Source of the DNA: Veleropilina oligotropha
Taxonomy: Eukaryota
Direction: 5' to 3'
Assembly (NCBI GenBank): GCA_048128005.1
Contig: JBEUKZ010000115.1
Coordinates: 62,001 to 126,000, forward strand
Length of the DNA stretch: 64,000 nucleotides
A model generated the notes under the pieces. It was not told the DNA's origin, made no database searches, and was given only the letters and a program-made list of their open reading frames with translations. Below, piece by piece: positions 37,031 through 50,725 of this stretch; positions within the stretch are counted from its first letter, which is position 1; the number at the start of each line of letters is the position of its first letter. Position numbers and translations under genes: made by a program.

Positions 37031-38389
37031 GATACAAACACCATGAATTGGATCGATGTCTCTTGTTAGGCTCCTTTTATCACCCTACATGGGATTTGTC
37101 CATATTTTGGCAGGAGTAGATCCTGGTAACCCAGGCAAACTCACCAGCATCGACCAGTTATGGACAACTGTGACTGTTAACTGCACAAAGATGATAGATT
37201 CACAGCCGACGATTTGAACTGACACCTGTTAGTTAAACACTGAAACATTCAGGCCTGTGGATTAGGAGCCACTCTCTTATCCTTTACACAACTACGGGCA
37301 CTTTAGAAACATCTTCAAATGACATTGCCTGATAACAGCCAATTAAAATTTTCACGTCAATACTAGTAAATCTTTACCATGTTTTTCTATGTTATATATA
37401 ATGTAATGTCGAACAATTTACACTTTATAATAGCACAGAGCAAGGTGCTCTTCTAAAAGTGCAGCATGTTAGGTTCACACCAACCAAACATCAGAGCTGT
37501 CATTCGCACTTGTTGCTCTTTGATTGCTAACGGTAAGGCTAGTTACGCCACACTCGCATCTTTGAACAATCGGTAATTACCAATCTGCTTTGTGTAACAC
37601 TTACATTCATGAGCATTGGCAATGCCAAGTGATGAGTGCGACGTTTGACCCATCCCGGTCACGAATACTCTCAAAATAGTGGACGAAACACATGGAAGTG
37701 ATATACAATACACATAAGTAGTAACTACAAAATTAACATAGTATACGTAATTATTAAAATTCATAGTCGTTGCATACTATATTTATCTTATTTCGATCTC
37801 TATGCAACAAATTCTCGAAATACATAGTGTTCGAGATTATAAATATTTCTGTTTCATGAAAATACGAATTACATTTTCAAGCGAAAGATTATATTCAATG
37901 TTCAGTGGACACATTCATTCGAGTCAAGAAATGATTTTGGGGCCAAATTTTACCATAAGTTCAGATGGCTTAAAAAAAATCAAATTATTTCTTCAAATGT
38001 ATGAAAGAGATTGAATTCAAACTTTAGGGGAGTACAACGATTTTCACATTAAGTATCGCTGAAATCAAAAGGACAATATGAAGAGTGATGAATTAATGAC
38101 TCATTTAACATGACTAATTAAAACATGAGCATGAAACGTTTTACTTGTATCACTCCCCGTCAATGGATTGCAAAATTACAAAAAAATGATGAAAATAACT
38201 TTTACATGCCAATGCCGCAAAGAACTGTATATATGCACAGCGCATTGGGCATTAATTTAATAAAAATAATAATAATATACTTTATTTTCAGTAGGTAAAT
38301 ATAGGCCCTCAAAATCTATTATCATAAATATAGAGAAAAAATATAACACTGAATACAAATATAATATAAATATATATAATATATATATA

Positions 38390-39345
38390 TACAGACAACC
38401 GGCGAATCTCAGAAAAAGGCTGGTGAACAGCAAATCGTCAACGCAAACTAATTCAAATGGAACCACCAGTCCGTGTAACAAAAGTAGATGCCAGCTATGT
38501 GCCCATGTGAATCCAAGCTCATCTATTACGGGGCCTAATAATGTTGTGCATCAAATCATCGGCAGTGGAGACTGCAACTCATCGAACGTCATCTACGCCA
38601 TCACCTGCGATAAATGCCCAACGAAAATTTACGTCGGACAAACCAGTTGCACATTATGATCACGCATCAATAATCACAAATCAGACATTCACAATAACGC
38701 GCCATACAAACCTGTAGCAGAACACTTAACCTTCACGGCCATATATAGTTTACACGACTTCAAATTCGCGATCCTAGACCATAAGAATTTCAAAACACGC
38801 ATCGAACACGAGACGGCTGAACTAAAGATCATCCAACGACTCGACCTAATACATCAAGGATTAAACAAGCACTATGGTTTCATGTCGCACTACAGTATTT
38901 AAATCATCCACATATCATTATATTATGCATGTAAAATTGTTTTATAATTAATGTAGATATAAATTGCTTCATAACTTAAGCACTATATTTCTAAACACAT
39001 TAACTTTATATTTCATGTCACTACTACATGACACAGTATTTTTACCAGTAATCCTTGCTCGTATGTGTTATCATCTTTACTGCATGCACTGATTTACATT
39101 ATTAACTTCTACTACATAAATTGCCTACTTCTTAACTATAGTGAATATTAACGTCATACATATGACGTCACAGTGAGTACGTTGCATTGCTATGGTATTG
39201 ACTTTTGATTGTTATCCACATTGCTCTCGCTACTGAAGAAGTAACTTTGTTTACGAAAGCTTTAGCTCCTTTTAATATATAAAGTTAGTCTTAAAGTGCT
39301 ACAAGTCATTGTTATCAACATTATTTTGAAAACAACTAACACGGC
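38390..39345 (+). mobile_element. Penelope-like element 3' fragment: GIY-YIG endonuclease pseudogene plus 3' terminal region
   Basis: PCNKSRCQLC...CNSSNVIYAITCDKCPTKIYVGQT...RINNHKSDI...PVAEH...GLNKHYGFMSHY, with a stop and a frameshift. The downstream CTGAAGAAG...CGAAAGC...GTTAGTCTTAAAGTGCTACAAG is typical of PLE ends. Confidence 0.88.
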
Positions 39346-39364
39346 TACTGAACTATTTATATAT

Positions 39365-39640
39365 ACTAGCTATGGTACCCGTCTTCGCCGGGCAAGTCCC
39401 CCCACCCCATTTTTTTTTTTTTTTTTTTTGGATAGTGCTCCCTTAAATATTTTTTTTTTTCCCGAATTTTCCGAATTTTTTTCGTGGTAAACCTTCCTTG
39501 GGGGACCCCGATTAACCCCCCAAAGTTTGAAGGTCGTAGGTCAAAGCGTCTGGGAGGAGTTCAACTTGAAACAGACACACACACAGACACAGACACAGAC
39601 ACACACACATACAATTATAGCTCCATTATATTCAGATATA
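39365..39640 (+). mobile_element. Short Helitron/DINE-like non-autonomous element
   Basis: ACTAG...ACCCGTCTTCGCCGGG 5' stem, CAAAGTTT motif, (ACAG/AC)n microsatellite and an ATTATATT.AGAT end, in a TA context. Confidence 0.5.
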
Positions 39641-39737
39641 TATATATATAGTACGTTTGGATAACTCAAACGAGTTGCAGATATATATGGCAGAGCACTC
39701 AACACTCAACGTTTATAGTGAGTGGAGTTGATATACA

Positions 39738-39934
39738 ATATACAATATAAAATATATAGTCGCTACAAGCTTGTTTCGTGTCTAATACACTCGTCGGGCG
39801 AACGTGGAAAGACTGGGGAAACGCTTCTATTATTTGGGCTCAAATAATAGACGCGTTTCCCCAGTCTTTCCACGTTCGCCCGACGAGTGTATTAGACACG
39901 AAACAAGCTTGTAGCGACTATATATTTTATATTG

Positions 39935-39939
<5 letters not shown>
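39738..39939. repeat. Near-perfect ~200-bp palindrome
   Basis: Arms of about 99 bp (…GTCGCTACAAGCTTGTTTCGTGTCTAATACACTCGTCGGGCGAACGTGGAAAGACTGGGGAAACGC… and its reverse complement), a 4-nt loop GGCT and one mismatch. Confidence 0.95.
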
Positions 39940-40576
<637 letters not shown>

Positions 40577-40632
40577 GGGAAGATTTATCTGCGCTTTCCC
40601 ACACATATGAAATGCGTGCTCAAAGCGCTTAC

Positions 40633-41155
40633 AAAATGACCTTGACCTTTGACCCAGCGACCCCATCTTTGAACTTGGGCTAGGCCTGATGGTATACAAG
40701 GTGCAGAATACCCAATATGAAAGGTGTAGGTCCAGCGGTTCGTCTTCTATGTGACAGAAAGCAATCTTCGAAGTGCAAGAACGGAAATACACGAAAATGA
40801 CCTTGACCTTTGACCCAGCGATCCCATCTTTGAACTTGGGCTAGGCCTGATGGTATACAAGGTGCATACCCAATATGAAAGGTGTAGGTCCAGCGGTTCG
40901 TCTTCTATGTGACAGAAAGCAATCTTCGAAGTGCCAGAACGGAATTACACGAAAATGACCTTGACCTTTGACCCAGCGACCCCATCTTTGAACTTGGGCT
41001 AGGCCTGATGGTATACAAGGTGCATACCCAATATGAAAGGATTAAGTCCAGCGGTTCATCTTCTATGTGACAGAAAGCATCAGGCGACGGACGACGGACG
41101 GACGACGGACGCCAGTACACGGCTATAGCCCTGCCTTTAGAAGGCGGGCCAAAAA
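40633..41155 (+). mobile_element. HINE-type element with three ~160-bp repeats, ending about 240 bp upstream of the YEATS4 ATG
   Basis: Repeated AAAATGACCTTGACCTTTGACCCAGCGA unit, a GACG microsatellite and the terminal hairpin GCCCTGCCTTTAGAAGGCGGGC plus A-run. Confidence 0.7.
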
Positions 41156-41397
41156 TGTTATCCATTACTGAAAACACAAGATGATCTAATCATTATGCAC
41201 GAGATACAAGTCAACGAAGATTACTTTCAAACAGTTGCATTTTACAGAAAAGCCTATCGTTCCGCTATCGGTTCAGAGTTAAATTTCACGAAATACAGAA
41301 TAATGGTGGTCAGTGTTTAAGATTATTTACATGGCTCCACATTCTACGATGTAACTCTGAAATAAAACTTTCAAATTCGAAATTTAATGCAAAGAGA

Positions 41398-41436
41398 ATG
41401 ACGGAGTTTGCGCCAGAGCCTGGAGGAAGAATTAAG
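41398..41436 (+). CDS. YEATS4: YEATS domain-containing protein 4 (GAS41), coding exon 1
   Basis: ATG...AAG|GTAGGG encodes MTEFAPEPGGRIK (human MAEFGPDSGGRVK, from recall), preceded in frame by KR as in human FKRM. Phase 0 matches the next exon. Confidence 0.88.
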
Positions 41437-41689
41437 GTAGGGATTAACTAAAGTAACATGAAAAGTTTCGCGTTCACAGCATTTATCGGTTGTCTCCCCT
41501 TTGTGTTCTTAGCTTTACTGGCGGTAATTTGAAATTACAAAATAGTGAATTATTCTGAATACGCACATATTTTCCAAAATGACACCAGACCACTTTGCAC
41601 ATTCGTGTCATAATATGCTGCAGATGCTACCTAGTGACGAGTACGCAGATTATATAGATAGGCCTACATGTCGGGTGATTACTGATTAC

Positions 41690-43570
41690 CTTACTTCTTC
41701 TTCCGGGTGAAGTGCAGGATTTCAATGTTGAAATATTACGCACTGTGCGAGGTGCAAGTGCTCGGTGCAGCAAAATTCCGTGAGTGCAGACTAAAATCAT
41801 ATAAATTTACATGTGCGATTAAAATCAGCCGGAATTTACGGTCTTGGTGTTGTTTCTTTCAGCCTTTCCTTGAAGATGTCGATTGATGTTGTCGACGATT
41901 TCTTTATGGAGGCTATTCCAGTGTCGGATTGTGTCTGGGAAGAATGATCACTGGTATAATACTAGTCTGGCTTATGGTATATTGTACCGCATATGGTGAT
42001 ATCTGCTGGCCGATGTAACTGGCACTAGTAGGTTTTCGGATGGAATTGCGATTTGATGGTAAATTAAGGGAGTCCAGCATAGATGTAGCGCTGCTTGTGC
42101 TGGAGTAGTCTCTCGTGATAAATCGTGCCGATCTTCTTTGCGCCATTTCCAACTTCTTGATATTGACAGCTGTTGGAGGGTCTCAGACTGTGGAAGTGTA
42201 TTTCACTTGGGGGCGAACGAGCGTTTGGTAGCACATTGTCTTGGTGGATTTTGGACACTGCTTCATTGTCCGCTGTAGGAAAGCTCTGGTGGAGTTTACT
42301 TTCTTGCAGATCTGTGTGATGTGATGATTCCATGAAAGTGTCCTATGGAGATGTACCCCTAAATATTTTACTGTATCTTTCTTTTCCAGATCCTGACCAT
42401 GAATGTTATATATTGCTTCAATTGGTTTGCGTTTGTTAGTAAACCGTATCACTTGGCATTATTCTGGATGAAACTCCATCTGCCAGTCTTTTTCCCATTG
42501 TTGCATTCTGTCAAGATCTTCCTGTAGTTTGCATGCATCTTTGTGCATCTTTATTTTCCTGTACAGGACACAGTCGTCAGCAAAGAGCCTAGCATTGGAG
42601 CTGTTTGGATACACTCAGGGAGGTCGTTGATGAACAGGAGAAATAGTAGTCGGCCTAGGACAGTGCCCTGTGGTACACCAGATAGTACAGGTGACGGATT
42701 TGATTGCACACCATTTAGTACGACTTGTTGCTCTCGTCCTGTGAGGAAGTCTGATAGCCATTTTTGTGTTGATCTGGTGATTCCGTATGAGAAGTCTAAC
42801 AGGATTAGGTCAATTTGATCGCCGATATCCAGGCTTTGTGCGATATCCTGCACTGTTAGTGTTATGATCAATTGGGATTCACCTGAGTGTTTTTTTCGGA
42901 ATCCGTGTTGGACAGTAGTCAGCATATTATGCAGGTCTATGTGTTTCATGATGCTACTGTTGACTATATGCTCCAGGATCTTACATGAAACAGATGTTAG
43001 TGACACTGGTCGATAGTTCGCTGCTTTATTACGGTCTCCTTTCTTGTAGATAGGGGCAACATTGGCCTTCTTCCAATCTGATGGTATAATGCCTTGATGT
43101 AATGAGGCCTGGAAGAATAAGGTGAATGCTGGTGTGAGTTCAGATGCAGTTTCTTTAAGTAGTCGAGTTGGTATGTTATCAGATCCTGTGGCTTTTTGTG
43201 TATTTGTAGATTGGATAATAGTTTTTCCACACCATTTGATGTTACGTTAATCGGAGGCATGTCTATATAGGGGCTATGGCCTTTGGTATTAATGGATGAG
43301 ACATCTTTGTTCTTGTTGGAGACTGATGTAAATTGATCATTCAGGATTTCTGCCTTGGTCTAGTCACTATATGTGATGCCATTGGAATTTTTTTAGTGGA
43401 GCCACTCCTGTATTATCACAACGTTTGCTTTTGATGAAGCTCCAGAATTTCTTTGGATTGTTTGTTAGGTAGTCGTTATAAGCTCTTCGGCATGCTGTTT
43501 GAGTTGTTTGTTTGAGACGGTGGAATCTCTCAACATCACGCTTGCTCTTAGTTTTACGTGCTTTTTTATA
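41690..43570 (-). mobile_element. 5'-truncated CR1/L2-group LINE relic in YEATS4 intron 1
   Basis: [71 protein letters not shown] and CYQTLVRP, with many frameshifts; GAAGAAG tail near 41695. Confidence 0.88.
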
Positions 43571-43812
43571 ACAGGAACAAACAGGAACAAAATAACTACG
43601 GGCGCACAATCGACCATTGCAAACCAAATCTCCTGGTTTAATATTGCGTGAACTGTGATGTTACGCTTCAAAATGCATACATCAGGTCGCGTAAATGATA
43701 CTAAATCTTAATCTATCAATCATGGCAAAGAATATTCGAAACGACATCCCGTCGACGAGATTATCGATATGCACATAACCGGGAAGAGAAATAAATCTGT
43801 TTCCAGGCAATG

Positions 43813-45042
43813 CTGTTACAGCCCAACTGTCCACACCTGCCGAAGTTAACTTGGGCACTGCCGAAGTTAACCTGGGCAGTGCCCAAGTTAACTTCGGCAG
43901 TGCCCAACTAACCATGGCAAGTTGGGGAAGCCCAAGTTAACTTCGCAGCAACTTCAAGACTCGTTTTCATATTTCCAGCTTGGAAATGTAGGCCTATAAT
44001 GTCGAGACTGATAGCAAAAAGCAAACATGGCTAAGGTATTGGCTAGTCATACGAATATGCACACCAGTTATTACTGTTTTACTTGTATTTTTTTATAGGC
44101 ATAGGCCTAAGATAAAATTAATTGATGTCAGATTGTGCGCTCGTTATGAATGATTTATTCTAGACTATTCTGTCGTCGGTTTAGTCCTTGCGCCATATAT
44201 ATATATAACGGTAGCTTTAAAATAATTTTAGGCCTACAATACCGGTAATTTAGGGACTGACAGGAGGCTACGAGCAGTGAGCACCAGGCATTGACACTTT
44301 GACAGTGTGTTTTTACAGGTAATTTAGATCTGTGTTATGCAATCATCCAGAAACTTCACAACAAGGATCACTAATGTTGTTGTTATATATATTGGCTAAT
44401 CAAGCAAATTGAAAGGAAAGATCAAATTTCGAGTTTCGATTAGATGCTACTAGATACATGTAGTATGTAACGTTGTGTATGAAAATAATCATATATTATT
44501 TTGTCTTTAGTAAATGCAATTATATGACATACGTATTACATGAAGTTTTATACAGTTTCTGGGAAAACATCTCTATAAAATACGTTAACGCTAGCTAAAC
44601 AATTGATAAAGAAATAAGATGGGAAGTGTTTATTTCATAATAAAGTTGTACGTTATAAAATAAAAATATAATGATCTTTCGCACCGGTATATATTATTAT
44701 TAATGTATTTCACATAATAACCTACAGTATATATACCGGTAGGCCTAATTAAGGCTATATATATATGTTACGGATCTCCATGTCCTGATCAGAACATGCA
44801 TATAGACTTTTAGATGCATTTCTCTTCTCAACTGATGAGTTGTTATTGAACGCTAAAACCTTTACTAACAAAAGTTTTGAAGATTTCTGCTATAGTAGGA
44901 ATCCATTTGATTTCTAGTAGAATGAAATTCGAAAACAAGGCTTCGTGCCGAAGTTAACTTGGACTTCCCCAACTTGCCGTGGTAAGTTCAATTAGTTGGG
45001 CACTGCCGAAGTTAACCTGGGCATTGGATACAGGGCTGCAAC
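43813..45042. mobile_element. MITE-like element with long imperfect TIRs built from palindromic subterminal repeats
   Basis: TGTTACAGCCC / GGGCTGCAACA ends. GCCGAAGTTAACTTGGGCA motifs and GGCAAGTTGGGGAAG / CTTCCCCAACTTGCC are mirrored at both ends. No clear TSD. Confidence 0.7.
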
Positions 45043-46229
45043 AATGACACAGATTGTTAATCCATAGTATGCTGTGTATTTATCTGCCCTTGAATTCGAT
45101 CTTTCATCTTTTCCATATACACAATAGTGTATAGAACCCGCACTGCATGCTCGCTAATATGCTACAGGTGCTACCTAGTGACGAGCACGCAGATTATATA
45201 TAGGCCTATACATATCGAGAAATGTAATAATGAATGCCTTCAATATTGATGACCTTTAAAAGGCTTACACGTTTCACGGACTACTGAAACGTGTGACGTT
45301 AGGTCGCGTATTCGATCAAGGCAAGAATGATGACATGAGTTCTTGTGTTACAAGATTAGCGAGGTGCGCATAACTGGAAGAGTATTAATTATTCTATTTT
45401 CACTTTGCTACATACCATAAATTGTATACCGGTACTATGAATTCATAAATGTTGAAGTCGATATTATTAAGCAGTTTCATTAAAATAAATATATGATATA
45501 CATAAAAAGGTTTATATTTGAGAACACAAATTCCTGAAACAAATACTAAGAAAATATCTACAGATAAGATCAGTACATACAAGAGCATGCACGTATAAAG
45601 TCCTAACATATAATATTGCATAGGGCAGAGCAATAGTGAATATTTTAAATTATTTCAAAATTATTAATGCAACAATATCAGGGTAGGTTCGGGCAAGTGG
45701 ATCACAACGTATGGTTGTGATTTACACACGCTTTACATACATACATACTGTACATATATAAATTATAATATTAGATACTATAGTAAATATATTTATCGTG
45801 CACAAAGTGATATGGGTACGTCGTCACTTCTCTCTATAAAAATTTCCACTTCTCTTTGTGATGCCATCACTTCTCTCTGTTGTCTCTCAAAAGAGAAGTG
45901 ACTTCTCTCTGTCATTTGTGACAATGGTGAACACTGTATACATGACGATGTTAGAGGTTACATGTGGTTCAGTAAAATCTAATGATACTAGAATAACTAC
46001 ATAACAATAAAACATTTTGATTTAATTCTGACTGGTAAAACTACAGATATATCTTTGTTTTAGCAAAACCCGTGATGATAAACTATTGAGTAAATGCTTC
46101 AGGCATTGACAAGCTTGCCTGACATCCGGGTTAGCCGGATGATCCTAAAAATAACTGTGACGGAGCGCTATTCATAGTATGTTGTGGAGTTATCTGCCCT
46201 TGAATTCGTTCTTTTATCTTTTCTGTATA

Positions 46230-46854
46230 CCGTATTGATGCGCATATAGGCGCATGCGCCAATAAGCGAATTAATGCATTTTTCTTGATCGTTGAAAAAA
46301 AAAAATTCTCACTTATAGGCGCATGCGCCTATGTTCGAATATAGGCGCTCCCCAATATTCACATATAGGCGCATGCGCCTATTTTCGAATATAAAAGCGA
46401 TCCAAAATAATCACACGTAGGGCTGTTTTAATATTAAAAGAATTATGTACAGCTACTTAATAGTTATTATACCTGTATTCATGTACACCCCACCCCTTAT
46501 GGCGCTTTGCAACACAGCAACAGATAGCTTAACTAATGTGTGATCCATTTTGATGCAAGGTGCGCCTATATGTGAATAATGGAAATTATAGACTCACTCA
46601 CAGGTGCTTCACGATATTCATAGAATTGTTTTATTTATGTTAATATAACTATATATTTATAGTTATGGTGGGTAAAATAATGCAATATCACCATAACGTT
46701 TTAGTCAATTTTGATGTATGGTGCGCCTATATGTGAAAAATGGTTTTCGTCGGTAAAATTATAAAGTGTCTCACATATAAGCCCATGCGCCTATATTCGA
46801 ATATAGGCGCATACTCACTTATAGGCGCATGCGCCTATATGCGCATCAATACGG
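46230..46854. mobile_element. Tc1/mariner-pogo-type MITE with TA TSD
   Basis: TIR CCGTATTGATGCGCATATAGGCGCATGCGCC with TA on both sides. It interrupts a sequence whose uninterrupted paralogue lies at ~45065-45160. Confidence 0.9.
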
Positions 46855-47274
46855 TACACATTTATGTGTAAGCTCGCAATGCGTGCTCGCTATTATCAGA
46901 AAATAAGCCATGATATATGTGAAGTGCAATTGTGCATATATAGAATATCAATTAAAAATAAAGTTACTAAATTAGTTTTTGTTGGACTCTGTAGTAAAGA
47001 ATAGACAAATGAGTGCACAGACCGGACTAAAGTTACATACTAGTATAATACTATTTATAAAAAAAATCAACAGTTTGGGAAATGTGACAATTTAAACATG
47101 ATATAGGCCTATATAGATATGATTATCAATCGGGATAATATAAGCTGTCGAGCGATAGTAAACGGTACGTTTTACACCGCTCAATAGGTGTACAACGTAC
47201 TGTATACTACCAAGACGAAGATTCTACAACGAATTTATCTTGCTTTTAATTTGAATTATAATTTCCCTATCTAT

Positions 47275-47385
47275 TATTTTAAGAAACAGGGCAGGCTATA
47301 GATGACCAGAAACGACAATGGGTTTTAATATGAGTGGCAGTAATGCACTTCCTAAACCCAAACAAATTCTATTTAAATATTTAAC
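47275..47385 (+). mobile_element. Short 3'-end fragment of the CR1 family seen at 26420-28310
   Basis: AAGAA.CAGGGCAGG.TATAGA...CAATGGGTTTT...CTAAACCCAAACAAA.TCTATTTAA matches 28203-28305. Confidence 0.75.
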
Positions 47386-48044
47386 CTAACATTGCTGTTT
47401 GTCATATTATACGAGAGCAGCCATTTGCCTATATGTTTACATCTAACGAAGCTGACAACGTTATTCGAGTTTACGGAATTGACCCGAATATCCCAGATCT
47501 CCATGGAGACGGGCTACAAGTTATTTGTACTACTCATGTTTGAAAATGACGTGAAACAAGAGGGGTACAAGGGCATTTACGTAACTAATGTCATCCGATG
47601 AGAACGGCGTATTATATTACTATTAACGTCGTATAAGCAAGATAATATGCTATATATAGATGTTAACACCAGCTGCGATCTTTGTCTTATTTTATCTCTG
47701 CACCAACTCTGATTTTAACTCTGCTCTGCTTTGTGGAGAAGGAGCAGACAACAGGAGCGTTAGTATGAGACTCATATATATTCATAAAATGCATTTCCTA
47801 AGATATTTTCCTTTTCAAATTATAGCAATTTATACAGACGTTCATTGCCCATTGTTACTATCAAGTTTTTTTAATTTTTATTTTTTAAGGAAAGCGGATT
47901 TAACAATGACATAGAGTAATAAGACTATATATAATTTATGAAAGCGCCGAACTGGGTTATAAACTTTACTTTTTCTTTTAATTTACTAATATTAATAAGC
48001 ATTTAATTTTTATGTGTGTTTAAGTTTAAATGTTGTTTATTTAG

Positions 48045-48188
<144 letters not shown>

Positions 48189-48279
48189 TGAAGCCATATT
48201 GGTATGAGGTAAGTTGTATATATGGTGTATGTGATGCCGTTTTGGAACGAGGTAAGCTGTATGGTATATGTAAAGCCGA

Positions 48280-48515
48280 ATATTTGAGTGGACAACTTTG
48301 TTTTACGACCACATTGGCAATTTTTCAGCCTTAACGTCGTCCGGACCCACGGTTTAAGGTCTCACTCCGATCTGACCGACATACATTAGGGATATGCCAT
48401 CTATTTGTTTTAAGCCTTAGAATAAGCCAGGCCGGAGAGGGTTTGAACCCACATCCTACCGTCCCACATAACGTTTTTCCGATGCTCTAACCAGTCGAGC
48501 TATCGAGGACGGTTA
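48280..48515 (-). mobile_element. tRNA-derived SINE (family 1) in YEATS4 intron 2
   Basis: Reverse-complement homologue of 23095-23315, with a GGGTTCAAACCC B-box; flanked by AAAGCCG on both sides (candidate TSD). Confidence 0.75.
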
Positions 48516-48573
48516 AAAGCCGTATAGGAAAGAGGTATCCTACTATGGTGGATGCTGTATGTGTAGCCTTTTC

Positions 48574-48700
48574 AAAATCAGGGAAGTTGTAGAGTAATGA
48601 AAATCAGGGAAGTTGTAGAGTAATGAAAATCAGGGAAGTTGTAGAGTAATGAAAATCAGGGAAGTTGTAGAGTAATGAAAATCAGGGAAGTTGTAGAGTA
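48574..48700. repeat. 26-bp minisatellite, about 5 copies
   Basis: Unit AAAATCAGGGAAGTTGTAGAGTAATG. Confidence 0.95.
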
Positions 48701-49157
48701 CTGCACTACGTAAATAACTACATATACAGACTATAATAATAATAATAATAATAAATCTTTATTTATTGTGGGAGAACAGTTAGTAATAGTTACCAATCTT
48801 CCCTGAGTCCCTCCTATTTTCTAACATTAAAATGAATAAAAATGTATATATTTACAGAACAGCATCAGAAGTGATGTATCAGAAGTTATATATAAACAAA
48901 ACAAAACACAAAACACATTTTTAAATTTACTGTTGCCAATTATAGACATTGTTTGCACTTATATTATCTTATATTGAATGTATATCATGATTACATACAT
49001 AATGATATCATGCCAATTTCTTTTCATTGCTTTCAAATTAGGATATATCCAAATGTAGGACTGAGCGTTGTTGTAAATCGTTCCGATTACAATTACGTTG
49101 TCTCTGGAGGGGTCCCTCTTCATGTATTCGTTCATCGTGCACATATTCATATTTCAG

Positions 49158-49224
49158 GATATGTCGATGTACGTTAAAAAAGTGCACTTCAAGCTTCATG
49201 AGAGTTACCCAAACCCGAACAGAG
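49158..49224 (+). CDS. YEATS4: YEATS4 coding exon 3
   Basis: TTTCAG| DMSMYVKKVHFKLHESYPNPNR+G |GTAACT; 67 nt, ends in phase 1. Confidence 0.97.
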
Positions 49225-49506
49225 GTAACTAATACAGTAACGAGTATTTAATTTATGACGTAAAACTTAATCAGTGTTTAATGAAATGTTCAGGTATGTT
49301 GTATTGCCTGATATGAACCGAGATTCCATTACTTAGTGACTACGAAATTTATGTTCTGTTTAATACACAAGATTAGCTCTCATCTTCAAAATTGTAAATA
49401 CAACTGGAAAGAATTTGTTTTTTATTTAGATTAATCTAGCGAATTATTTCTGGTACGAAGATAGCATTTAATATATTATTTTTTATGTCATTAATTTTAT
49501 TTTCAG

Positions 49507-49601
49507 TGGTAACAAAACCACCATACGAGGTCACAGAAACTGGGTGGGGAGAATTTGAAGTTATCATTAAAATTTTCTTTAATGATTCAAACGAAAGAGC
49601 G
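49507..49601 (+). CDS. YEATS4: YEATS4 coding exon 4
   Basis: TTTCAG| (V)[37 protein letters not shown]; 95 nt; contains the YEATS GWGEF signature. Confidence 0.97.
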
Positions 49602-49728
49602 GTAAGTTTCATGCTTGCGTATTACATTAAGAACTTGAGTGAATTAGATGGCCAATAAAGCCAGATAGCATCCAGTTGAAAATCTGCCCTTGGTCTTTTT
49701 GTGAAGCAATATTTGAAGAACATAATAA

Positions 49729-50081
49729 ACAAGAACGACGCGTTCGAAATATGTCTTGACCTTTCTTTATTTCCCTCAAATTTTCATAACAGTTAATACA
49801 ATGGCTAAGTGCAAGTACTTAATGGCTGAATTTACTACCCCGTCGATTATGACGTCACCCAAATGACGATTAATCTAAAGCGACGTCATAATGACGTCAT
49901 TGCTATTTGCTTGCAATATTAGACATCAGTTACATACGAATATGGATTAAAGTGCTCAATAAATGCATATTTTTGCAAAATTGTGTCGCGAAAGTTATAT
50001 ACACGACCTACAAATACTCTTGGGAATGTGTGTACCAATTTTGGTGAAAATTGAGCGGGTAGTTTTCAAATAAATCTACGG

Positions 50082-50113
<32 letters not shown>

Positions 50114-50197
50114 GTGTATATATATATATATATGTATATACACACGGACCATTTGATAATGTCTTGTCCTTTTTTACAAAAAGGTCAAGACATAATA
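49729..50197 (+). mobile_element. HINE-type element in YEATS4 intron 4
   Basis: 5' ACAAGAACG...ATGTCTTGACC, a TA/CA microsatellite and the 3' hairpin ATGTCTTGTCCTTTTTTACAAAAAGGTCAAGACAT. Confidence 0.7.
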
Positions 50198-50288
50198 AAA
50201 AATATACACTGGTGTATATTGTGTCAGATGGGAGAATAGCCCGTGAAGTCACGGTTAGGACTCTGAAGTCACTCTTGGAATGCAGTGT

Positions 50289-50725
50289 GTGAGATGAGAT
50301 TATGGGTGGTCCTGCAGTCACCCATAGCCTGTCATGGAAGATGTGAGATGAGATTATGGGAGGGTCCTACAGTCACCCATAGCCTGTCATGGAAGATGTG
50401 AGATGCGATTATGGGAGGGTCCTGCAGTCACCCATAGCCTGTCATGGAAGATGTGAGATGAGATTATGGGTGGTCCTGCAGTCACCCATAGCCTGTCATT
50501 GAAGATGTGAGATGAGATTATGGGTGATCCTGCAGTCACCCATAGCCTGTCATGGAAGATGTGAGATGAGATTATGGGAGGGTCCTGCAGTCACCCGTAG
50601 CCTGTCATGGAAGATGTGAGATGAGATTATGGGTGGTCCTGCAGTCACCCGTAGCCTGTCATGGAAGATGTGAGATGAGATTATGGGAGGGTCCTGCAGT
50701 CACCCATAGCCTGTTATGGAAGATG
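50289..50725. repeat. 54-bp minisatellite, about 8 copies
   Basis: Unit GTGAGATGAGATTATGGG(T/A)GGTCCTGCAGTCACCCATAGCCTGTCATGGAAGAT. Confidence 0.95.

Noticed and set aside
38657..38659. In-frame TGA in the Penelope GIY-YIG domain as selenocysteine
   Set aside because: It falls where Arg is usual (TLRxR), consistent with CGA>TGA decay. The fragment also has a frameshift, and I saw no SECIS.
47536..47582. Alternative YEATS4 first exon (ATGTTTGAAAATGAC...)
   Set aside because: No similarity to the YEATS4 N-terminus, whereas 41398-41436 matches well and has the right phase.
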